This document shows positions 9,979 through 17,978 of a stretch of DNA of 64,000 nt, piece by piece; the stretch's first letter is position 1, and the number at the start of each line of letters is the position of its first letter. Source of the DNA: Fimbriimonadaceae bacterium. GTDB lineage: Bacteria > Armatimonadota > Fimbriimonadia > Fimbriimonadales > Fimbriimonadaceae. The notes beneath the pieces were generated by a model, which worked only from the letters and a program-made list of their open reading frames with translations, was not told the origin of the DNA and ran no database searches. The stretch lies in assembly GCA_020850835.1 (NCBI GenBank), contig JADZDX010000037.1, positions 17,044 to 81,043 on the forward strand, in the 5' to 3' direction. Both the position numbers and the translations under genes were made by a program.

Positions 9979-11015
9979 TCACGTTCACACAAGACTTCGA
10001 ACGCTAAATCATGAAAGCGTGGCCTAAACGCCTGCAACCGTAGGTTATCGCGTGTGGGAAACACCCTATTTGTAAGCAAGACCACACCAATCTCCGCGTT
10101 CGGATCAATCCAAATCGACGTTCCAGTAAAGCCGGAATGTCCAAAGCTATCACTGCTAAAGCGGGATCCCGACATCGGGCCTATGTCCGATCTTGTGTCC
10201 CACCCTAATGCGCGCGTACTCGAAACGTCCTTGGCCGCTTGGCGTACCCGCCATTGATTGAGCAGACGAGTGTCCAACACCGACGGTTCACCAAATGTGA
10301 CCAAATTGACCAACTTTTTTACGCCTTCTAGCGTTCCAAATAGTCCAGCATTGCCAGCGATGCCCCCTAGGCTTCGAGCATTCTCATCATGGACGACACC
10401 TTGTAGCCCACCTTCCGTGGGGACGCACCGGCTGGGATTCGTCGGGTTGAAGACTAGATCCGCATCAAGAATGGTGCAGAGGCGATGGAATCCCCAAGTC
10501 CAAGCATCGTCATACCGCTCGCCTGTCAAAGTTTGGAGGACTTGTTGTAGGACCAGGAATCCAACGCACGAGTACGTCGTTCGGGCCCCTGCTGGAGCTT
10601 CTAAGGGCTCCGACAGGATCCTTTGCCACCTTTCGGCATCCGGAAGCTTCCAGAAGTCGCGGTGAGCGGGCAGGCCGGAGTTGTGTTGCAAGAGGTGTCG
10701 GATCGTGACACCTCCTTTACCTTCACCGATAAAGTCGGGGACCAGTTCCTGGACAGCTTGGTCTAGAAACAGGGCCCCATCCATGGCCTGAAGCAGCGCA
10801 GCGGTTGTGGTGACCAACACTTTGGTAAGACTGGCCAGGTCAAAGAGTGAGTCATCGGAAATAGCAGGTGAATCTAAGTCGTAGGTGTGGTGGCCGACGT
10901 ACCCAATGAACTCTCTGTCCCTCCCAAGGCAAGCATATGCAGCCCCCGGGAATGCTTGATCAGCAATACCTAGGCGAAGTAGCGAATCCAGCTCAGGATG
11001 CGACTCAGTCGGCAA
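9975..11015 (-). CDS. Beta-lactamase-fold serine hydrolase (AmpH/AmiE-like; class C-related)
   Basis: 'LASLTKV' (SxxK), 'TYSCVGF' (YxN-like) and 'HSGFTGT' (KTG-equivalent). 346 aa with no obvious signal peptide. Confidence 0.8.
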   Translation of the reverse strand: MPTESHPELDSLLRLGIADQAFPGAAYACLGRDREFIGYVGHHTYDLDSPAISDDSLFDLASLTKVLVTTTAALLQAMDGALFLDQAVQELVPDFIGEGKGGVTIRHLLQHNSGLPAHRDFWKLPDAERWQRILSEPLEAPAGARTTYSCVGFLVLQQVLQTLTGERYDDAWTWGFHRLCTILDADLVFNPTNPSRCVPTEGGLQGVVHDENARSLGGIAGNAGLFGTLEGVKKLVNLVTFGEPSVLDTRLLNQWRVRQAAKDVSSTRALGWDTRSDIGPMSGSRFSSDSFGHSGFTGTSIWIDPNAEIGVVLLTNRVFPTRDNLRLQAFRPRFHDLAFEVLCERE

Positions 11016-12972
11016 TTTCAGTCACAACTATATCGCGTCCCTCTTTCTCGTCCAGCGGGATGAGCAGGAGCATCAGCATCCCCGGCAAGCTGAAGAAAAT
11101 CACGGTTACGAAGAAATTGAAATATCCCAAATCGCGCTGCAGGATTCCGCTCAGAATGCCGGCAACAGCAATGCAAAGGGCTCCCAACCCAGTACCGATT
11201 GCGTAGTGCGATGTCTGGAACTTCCCTCTCTGGGCGACCCACATCAGATAAACCATATACGCAGCAAAGCCAAATCCGTACCCAAATTGGTCCACAAAAG
11301 CGATGATTGAAATGGGGGAGAACACTACTTGGTGAAAGGCAGCACCTGCGGGTAAGGTCGGCAGGGCCTTAGCCGCCCACACATACATCAAGTTGGGGAT
11401 ATGCATGGCGAGAGCTAAGGGCCAGAAGGCTTTGCGCAACCCCAGCCTTGATACGACCACTCCGCCCGCAATTCCGCCGAGAATAATGCCGACAACGCCC
11501 ATGATGCCGTTCACGATCCCTATTTGTTCAACACTTAGGGCGAGCCCTCCCTTGCTTGTCGGGTCTTGATAGAACAATGGCGAGATTCGGCCAACCATCA
11601 CTTCACCAAAGCGATAGAAAACAATGAAGCCAAGGATCATCATGAAGCGGTCTTGCTTGATGAAGCTTGTGAAAGCCTGCGCCATCTCAGACCCTGCGAG
11701 TTGCACCTTGGACGCAATCCCCAATGCAGATCCCACAACGAGAGTTCCTAGCAACCAGATCAACTCTGCGTTGAATTTCTCGGATGCCATGATCCAACCC
11801 TTTGTCTCCCCGATTAGGGGAAGCGTTGGGAAGGTGTGGGCCAATCCGTGTCCAGTGAACTTGAAGACATTGCCAATGAAAATCATGGCGCAAAGGAATG
11901 TGCCAATGATCATGAGCGTACGAGTCGCCGTCTCGATAATCCTTTGGCGATCCATAGGGCGAACAACGTCATTCCCCGGCCTCGGCAAAGTTATTGGCAA
12001 AATCACCCTGCCTAGAGCATAGATAAGGATACACAAGCCCAACACCGCTCCCCATGCCACCTGAGGTTTCATCGGTGTCCCGGGGCTGACATCGAAGTTT
12101 AACGTTGGGGTTCCACCACGTGGGGTAACAACGGTGAGTTTCCCGATTGGCTTCGGCTCAGATCCGTTGAAGAAGCTTGCGGTAACAAGCCCATTGCCAA
12201 CGACCTCTATCCGGGAAACCCCCGGAGGGACTCTTATCCATGTCGGATTCTTTTCCTCTGGGTCAGTTGATCGCAAACCATTCATGGCCGTGAGTCCATC
12301 GGCCGATTGGAGTCGCTCATCCTTTATCATCAACTCGGCGGCGGATCGCAATATCTGCTCGGTCTTCTCTTCTCCTTTCGCGCCAGTCGTCCGTTCAAAA
12401 ACAATGTCGCCACCGGAAACGTCTACCTTCACGCTGGGCACGCGCATCAACGTTCCGGCGAAGTAAACCAAGAGGCCCGTACAAAACAGGCGCCCTAGGC
12501 GATAGAAAGTTGAGTTGAGGCCAACGAAGGCAGCCTGCCGTGCCTTAGTGAGGGCAAGAATGTAAAAGCCATCGGTCGCGATGTTGCAGAGCGCGGAAAA
12601 CACGGCCGTGACTGCGAGGATAGCAAGCGTTATCTCAAAGAACTGTGGTAGCTGGAGCGCAAAGACGGTGGCGATCATGCCAGCCACAATGCCAGCTTGC
12701 CCCCACATGATCCAACCTCGCTTTGAGCCGTTAAAGTCAACAAAGGGCCCAAGGAGCATTTGAAGCGACCAGGGCAATGCAATGATGCTTACCCACGTCG
12801 CAATTTGGACATTCGCAATTCCGAGGCTCTTGAAGATAATGCTGGAAACCTCTTGAACGAGAGTGACCGGAATTGCCTGCATGAAATACAGGGCAGGCGT
12901 AAAGAGCCATGGGTTGCGATCCGAAGTCCCGGCATCGGTGTCAATGTGTTGCGGCGCCTGTTCGTCTGACAT
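11005..12972 (-). CDS. AmpG-like MFS permease (muropeptide transporter family) with large central insertion
   Basis: N-terminus 'LYFMQAIPVTLVQE...LPWSLQMLLGPFVDF' resembles AmpG. About 12 or more TM segments, with a ~130-aa soluble insert between the two halves. Confidence 0.65.
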   Translation of the reverse strand: MSDEQAPQHIDTDAGTSDRNPWLFTPALYFMQAIPVTLVQEVSSIIFKSLGIANVQIATWVSIIALPWSLQMLLGPFVDFNGSKRGWIMWGQAGIVAGMIATVFALQLPQFFEITLAILAVTAVFSALCNIATDGFYILALTKARQAAFVGLNSTFYRLGRLFCTGLLVYFAGTLMRVPSVKVDVSGGDIVFERTTGAKGEEKTEQILRSAAELMIKDERLQSADGLTAMNGLRSTDPEEKNPTWIRVPPGVSRIEVVGNGLVTASFFNGSEPKPIGKLTVVTPRGGTPTLNFDVSPGTPMKPQVAWGAVLGLCILIYALGRVILPITLPRPGNDVVRPMDRQRIIETATRTLMIIGTFLCAMIFIGNVFKFTGHGLAHTFPTLPLIGETKGWIMASEKFNAELIWLLGTLVVGSALGIASKVQLAGSEMAQAFTSFIKQDRFMMILGFIVFYRFGEVMVGRISPLFYQDPTSKGGLALSVEQIGIVNGIMGVVGIILGGIAGGVVVSRLGLRKAFWPLALAMHIPNLMYVWAAKALPTLPAGAAFHQVVFSPISIIAFVDQFGYGFGFAAYMVYLMWVAQRGKFQTSHYAIGTGLGALCIAVAGILSGILQRDLGYFNFFVTVIFFSLPGMLMLLLIPLDEKEGRDIVVTEIAD

Positions 12973-13038
12973 TGCTTTGCAGACGAATCATATCTCACGC
13001 CGGCCCCTAATGATTTTTGCTCTTGATGCCTGCGTGGC

Positions 13039-15066
13039 TCATGCAGCCTTTGCTAGCCGAACAAAGGTGTCGCGGTCAATGGCCCGGAGGTGGCACTCAT
13101 CAAACTCGCACTTCCCTGCTCGGTACAGCTCAGCCAGCGATGCGTCCATCGTTTGCATTCCGTGATTTCCGCTTGTCTCCAAGATCGACTGCATCTGGTG
13201 AGTCTTGCCTTCGCGAACTAGGTTCTTGATCGCCGGAGTACCGATCATCACCTCAATTGAGGCGCATCGTCCCCCACCAAGGCGTGGCAACAGCTGCTGA
13301 CTCACTACCCCTTCAATCGTGTTTGCCAGCAGGACACGGATTTGCTCCTGACTATCCGGTGGGAACACGTCAATGATTCGGTCAATCGTGCTGGGCGCGT
13401 TGCGGGTGTGCAGCGTCCCAAAGACCAAGTGCCCGGTTTCAGCCAGTGTGAGGGCGGCTTCAATCGTTTCAAGGTCACGCAATTCACCAACGAGGATGAT
13501 GTCCGGATCTTCACGAAGAACAGCCCGCAATGCATTGTGGAAACTGTAGGTATCCGAGTGCATTTCTCGCTGATTAACGATGCACTGCTTGTGTTGGTGT
13601 AAATATTCGATCGGGTCTTCGATCGTCATGATATGACCACGCCGGTTGGCATTGATGTCGTCAATGATCGTGGCGATTGTGGTTGATTTTCCAGATCCTG
13701 TTGGGCCCGTGACCAAGATGAGACCGCTTGCACGCTTGCTCATCTCCTTGATGACGGGAGGCAAGCCGAGTTCTTCAAAAAGTGGGATCCGCATCGGAAT
13801 GACACGTAGCACACCTCCAACAGCACCGCGCTGAACAAACATGTTCACACGAAATCGTCCCAATGCCTTCACGGGATATCCGAAGTCCAACTCTCGTGTA
13901 CTTTCAAACTTCTGGATCTTTTCATCGTCGAGGGTATCGTACAGTAGGCGCCGCGTATCCTGAGGTTGCATTGGGGCAAACGGCAACGGCACGACCTCCC
14001 CATCAATTCTCAGCATTGGTGGTAGGTCAGCGGTGATATGAATGTCACTCGCCCTTCTTTCAACCGCCATATGCAATATCTCGTCAATGTGGGTGTCCCC
14101 AATAGCTTCGCCCCCAGAGTACTTGTTAATCTTGACCTCAGTGTCCTTATGGGCGTCAAAGTTTGTACGATTGGAGTCGGCTGTGTTCAGTTCGCTGAGT
14201 GTCAGCTTAACTTCTTCTTCCTTCTTCGGCTTAGTTTCTTTCGTGCCTTTCTTGGCAAACAGGGATAGGAGCTTGTCCTTTTCCGGATCGCCGGTAGTCT
14301 TGCTTCGTGTTTCTTCCGCCAAGTTCGCCTCCTCAGCCAAGGGCTGCGTTGGTTCCTCTTCCACCTGAGCCACGACCTCAACGGCTTCCGGCTCTGGTTC
14401 CGCCTCGGGTTCATGTACCGAGTACGGGCTCAAACTAGGGTCTAGCGGGCCCTTGCCAGCGGCCTCAACAATCTCATCCAATTCAGAAAATGGTATGGCG
14501 CTCGTATCGCCCTTTTCCATTACGGGCTCGTCGGGTATGACCTCCGCCGCGACAGGAACGTCCTCGTCGGCAGCAGGCAGAACTTCCGGCAATGGTTCCA
14601 CTACCAATGAATCTGCATCGGCAGCTACATGCTCAATAACGGGAGGAGCATCCTCGACCTTTGATTCCTGCGTTTCAGACTCCGTCTGAGCAATTGGAAC
14701 TTCGGCAGCGGGAGGGGCGGCCTCCTCAGAAGCCACAACTTCAAGGATTACAGGTTCGAGGCTTGGTTCGGGTTCAGGTTCGGATCCGATTACCTGAGGC
14801 GGTTCCGACTCGCTCTGCACATCGCCAGAACCAACGTCTTCAAGCTTCGCAACTTCCACTGGATTCGGCTGGGGCTCCTCGGCTATCGGGGCAGGGGTAA
14901 CCGGGTCAGCTGGCTTCGCTGCTGCCATGGCGCGCAACAAGTCCTCGTCCGACATTGCCTTACCAGAGTTGGCTGGCTTTGCCTCTTGATCCTCTAACTT
15001 CGGCGGCTGGCTACCAGCCGAAAACACCTTGTCCCAATCGTATCCTTCCATTCCGTTTTCGTTCAT
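13039..15066 (-). CDS. pilT: Type IV pilus retraction ATPase PilT with ~320-aa acidic N-terminal extension
   Basis: The C-terminal ~350 aa are canonical PilT: 'ASDIHI', Walker A 'GPTGSGKST', 'TIEDPIEY', 'ILVGELRD', 'GHLVFGTLHT' and 'AIKNLVREGK'. The N-terminal part is E/P/V/A-rich and low complexity. Confidence 0.85.
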   Translation of the reverse strand: MNENGMEGYDWDKVFSAGSQPPKLEDQEAKPANSGKAMSDEDLLRAMAAAKPADPVTPAPIAEEPQPNPVEVAKLEDVGSGDVQSESEPPQVIGSEPEPEPSLEPVILEVVASEEAAPPAAEVPIAQTESETQESKVEDAPPVIEHVAADADSLVVEPLPEVLPAADEDVPVAAEVIPDEPVMEKGDTSAIPFSELDEIVEAAGKGPLDPSLSPYSVHEPEAEPEPEAVEVVAQVEEEPTQPLAEEANLAEETRSKTTGDPEKDKLLSLFAKKGTKETKPKKEEEVKLTLSELNTADSNRTNFDAHKDTEVKINKYSGGEAIGDTHIDEILHMAVERRASDIHITADLPPMLRIDGEVVPLPFAPMQPQDTRRLLYDTLDDEKIQKFESTRELDFGYPVKALGRFRVNMFVQRGAVGGVLRVIPMRIPLFEELGLPPVIKEMSKRASGLILVTGPTGSGKSTTIATIIDDINANRRGHIMTIEDPIEYLHQHKQCIVNQREMHSDTYSFHNALRAVLREDPDIILVGELRDLETIEAALTLAETGHLVFGTLHTRNAPSTIDRIIDVFPPDSQEQIRVLLANTIEGVVSQQLLPRLGGGRCASIEVMIGTPAIKNLVREGKTHQMQSILETSGNHGMQTMDASLAELYRAGKCEFDECHLRAIDRDTFVRLAKAA

Positions 15067-15067
15067 T

Positions 15068-15946
15068 CTATGCTGCCTCCGCCGCTACTGCATGTTCAAG
15101 AGCCGCGGACTGAATCCAAGAGTCTGCAGTTCTGGGATCTACGTCAAGTAGTTTGATCGCCCACTCGGCGATGACTGGACTATCTTCTTCGTTTACGACT
15201 CCCGTCCGGGAGACCTTTACGAGTGCGTTCGCAATGTGAGTTACCGCAGCCAGCCTGGACTCCTTGCCAGTAATCTCCGGAGAGTCCAGGTAGTTAAGTC
15301 CAGCAATCAACTCGTCAGCGAATCGCCAGCGCAAGAACATTTCTTGCGCCACATCAATGTGGTCAACGGCAAATACAATTCGCTCGGCGAGCCTCTCTGG
15401 CGCCCCTTTCTCGACCACGTGCATCACCTTGTCGTAGGCAGTTGGGTCGCTTTGATCGATGAGTGTCTTCCCCACATAGTGTAGGAGCCCCGCTGTGTAG
15501 GCTTCGGACGGGACTACGCCGCACTGCGATGCAATCTGCCGAGCCAGCGCTGCTGCGTCCACACTGAATCTCCACCAGTCACGTCGGCGGACCGATTCTC
15601 GATCATTCTTCCCAACAAATAGATCGAAGACACCAGCCGAAAGAGCCACCGCGCGGATTTGCTTAAAGCCCAGCATTAGACACGCTTCGCGCAAAGAGAC
15701 GACCTTCCGGGGCAGAGCAAATTGGGCCGAGTTGGCAATTGTCAAGAGCTTGGCCGTAAAGCCAGGATCAATTCCGACCGCTTTCTCGATGTCAGCCGGT
15801 GAGCCATCCGATGACTCCGTGATCTCCATCAATTGGTGAACAACCTGAGGCAACACCGCAATCTCCCTCACTTTTGAGAGGATGTCTTCTAGACTCTTTT
15901 GCTTTTCAGTTTCCAGTTTTGTGCCCATAGGCTTCCCTTCCCTCAT
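15068..15946 (-). CDS. Stand-alone HDOD-domain protein
   Basis: 'LPQVVHQLMEI...IEKAVGIDPGFTAKLLTIANSAQFALPRKVVSLREACLMLGFKQIRAVAL' is the HDOD signature. The stop lies 1 nt from the pilT start. Confidence 0.75.
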   Translation of the reverse strand: MREGKPMGTKLETEKQKSLEDILSKVREIAVLPQVVHQLMEITESSDGSPADIEKAVGIDPGFTAKLLTIANSAQFALPRKVVSLREACLMLGFKQIRAVALSAGVFDLFVGKNDRESVRRRDWWRFSVDAAALARQIASQCGVVPSEAYTAGLLHYVGKTLIDQSDPTAYDKVMHVVEKGAPERLAERIVFAVDHIDVAQEMFLRWRFADELIAGLNYLDSPEITGKESRLAAVTHIANALVKVSRTGVVNEEDSPVIAEWAIKLLDVDPRTADSWIQSAALEHAVAAEAA

Positions 15947-15953
15947 TTATCGG

Positions 15954-17711
15954 CTAGGCGTAGACAACTCTCAAGACCTCGTCTATCGTCGTTACACCCA
16001 TCAAAATCTTCATCAACGCATCCATTTGCAGTGTTTTCATCCCGCTCTCAACTGCCAACTGGCGGATCTGGTGACTCGCTGACTTTTTCAAGATCTCATC
16101 CCGAATCGCGTCATTTAGCATCATCAGCTCATGGATACCAGTTCGTCCCTTGTATCCAGTCTGTTTGCACTTCTCGCATCCAGCACCCTTGAACACCGTG
16201 AGGGACCCACCCGTTTCTTCGGCGAAATTTGGGTTTATTGGGAACCCATACCGGATCAGTTGGTCACGATGGATGGTCTCGGGCTCCTTGCAGTGCGGGC
16301 ATATCTGTCGTACTAGGCGCTGAGCCATGACGCCGATGATGGAACTGGATATCAAGAAGGGTTCGACCTCCATATCAATGAGGCGGGTAGCCGCACTGGG
16401 GGCATCGTTTGTGTGCAAGGTGCTCAACACCAAGTGGCCGGTTAAGGCAGCTTCCATGGCGATCGTAGCGGTCTCATTGTCACGCATTTCACCGATCATG
16501 ATCACGTCCGGGTCTTGGCGCAACATGGCGCGAAGACCAGCGGCAAAAGTCATGCCCGCCTTATTGTTGACACCGCACTGGTTAATGCCGTCGAGTTCAT
16601 ATTCAACGGGGTCTTCGATCGTGATAATGTTGTTCTGGCCGTCACTGATCTGGTTTAGAATCGAATACAAGGTAGTGGACTTTCCTGATCCCGTAGGCCC
16701 GGTCACCAAGATGATCCCATAGCTTCGAGCGGCCATATCCTGAACCTTGGCTAGGTTGTCCGGTAGAAAACCCAATCGTTCCAAGCCGACATTGATTCCG
16801 CTCTTATCCAGCACACGCATTACGACCTTTTCGCCGTAAACCGTCGGCAATGTGCTGACACGGAAGTCGTAAGGCTTACCGCCTATAACGGCGCTGATAC
16901 GGTTGTCTTGGGGAGCTCTCTTCTCCGCAATGTCCATATTGGACATGATCTTCATGCGGTTTGTGAGGGGCGCGACCACCTTTCGGGGTAGGCGCATGGT
17001 CTCCATGAGCACGCCGTCAATGCGGTAGCGAACAACCATTCCATCCTTCCTGGGTTCGCAATGAATATCACTGGCTCGGTCGGTCACCGCTTGATTGATG
17101 ATTAGGCTCGCAAGTCGGACAATCGGCGCATCATCATCGCCAATCTCGCCATCTCCGTCCTCGTCATCGTCACTACCGATATCAACATGGCCACCCGACT
17201 CCTGATCCAGTTGGAAGTCGCGCAACGCACCGCTCAGGGCTTCAACAACGTTGGACTCTAAATTGTAATGCTTAACGATCGCGTCGAGAATGTCCTTCTC
17301 AACCCCAATCATCGGCTCAATTTCGAGCCCGGTGGCGAGTCTGATCTCATCAATGAGAAAGATGTCGAGGGGCTTCGACATCGCCACCGTCAACTTGTCA
17401 TCAAGTCGTTCTAGCGGGAGGACACCAAAGCGCTTTGCCAGCTTTCCTTCGAGGCTGTCGAGAGCTTCCTCGGGCGGCTCGGCTGAAGAGGCGTCAACAA
17501 ATGGAACACCCCACATCTTGCCAGTTGCCCGTACCTTGTCTCGCTCATCAATCATGCCCAATTGGATCAAGATTGAAGAGATCGCCTCAGTTCCGCCGAC
17601 TTCCTGCTGTTTGGCACGAGCCTGCTCGAGTTGCTCCTGTGTGATCAACCCTTCTTCGACAAATAGCTCGCCGCTCAGCATGTTCGAAGACCCAACCGTG
17701 TTCCTTGCCAT
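15954..17711 (-). CDS. pilB: Type IV pilus assembly ATPase PilB (GspE family)
   Basis: GspII_E N-domain 'LFVEEGLITQEQLEQA', Walker A 'GPTGSGKSTT', and tetracysteine 'CPHCKEP...CEKCKQTGYKGR'. Start set to the ATG at 17711 because the longer ORF runs through the tRNA-Leu gene. The ATGs at 17819 or 17681 are also possible. Confidence 0.85.
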   Translation of the reverse strand: MARNTVGSSNMLSGELFVEEGLITQEQLEQARAKQQEVGGTEAISSILIQLGMIDERDKVRATGKMWGVPFVDASSAEPPEEALDSLEGKLAKRFGVLPLERLDDKLTVAMSKPLDIFLIDEIRLATGLEIEPMIGVEKDILDAIVKHYNLESNVVEALSGALRDFQLDQESGGHVDIGSDDDEDGDGEIGDDDAPIVRLASLIINQAVTDRASDIHCEPRKDGMVVRYRIDGVLMETMRLPRKVVAPLTNRMKIMSNMDIAEKRAPQDNRISAVIGGKPYDFRVSTLPTVYGEKVVMRVLDKSGINVGLERLGFLPDNLAKVQDMAARSYGIILVTGPTGSGKSTTLYSILNQISDGQNNIITIEDPVEYELDGINQCGVNNKAGMTFAAGLRAMLRQDPDVIMIGEMRDNETATIAMEAALTGHLVLSTLHTNDAPSAATRLIDMEVEPFLISSSIIGVMAQRLVRQICPHCKEPETIHRDQLIRYGFPINPNFAEETGGSLTVFKGAGCEKCKQTGYKGRTGIHELMMLNDAIRDEILKKSASHQIRQLAVESGMKTLQMDALMKILMGVTTIDEVLRVVYA

Positions 17712-17835
17712 GACCCCGTCAAAAGTTTCTTCTACTCTGTTTAACAGGGTCGCATTCGGACTCCTCTGGACATTAGTGTCGGCGGTTTTCCTTCGGGGGT
17801 TTAGGGTTTTGGGGTACATTTTCCGTTCCCACGTT

Positions 17836-17922
17836 GCCCAGGTGGCGGAATTGGTAGACGCGCTAGTTTCAGGTACTAGTTTTCGCAAGGAAGTGGAGGT
17901 TCGAGTCCTCTCCTGGGCACCA
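17836..17922 (+). tRNA. tRNA-Leu (anticodon CAG), long variable arm, CCA encoded
   Basis: Hand-folded: acceptor GCCCAGG/CCTGGGC, anticodon stem CTAGT/ACTAG with loop TTCAGGT, T-loop 'GGTTCGAGTCC', 3' ACCA. Confidence 0.85.
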
Positions 17923-17978
17923 AGCGTCGAGAGCCTGTTCCAACCGTGATCTCGCCTCGCTCCGGTATCCTCAGCCGG

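Noticed and set aside
14038-14900. Several ORFs on both strands inside the pilT 5' region (14042..14368, 14453..14689, 14202..14414, 14661..14900)
   Set aside because: They are by-products of the low-complexity GAG/CCA/GCC-rich sequence that encodes the acidic PilT tail. The pilT frame is the only one continuous with a recognisable domain and coupled to the upstream gene.
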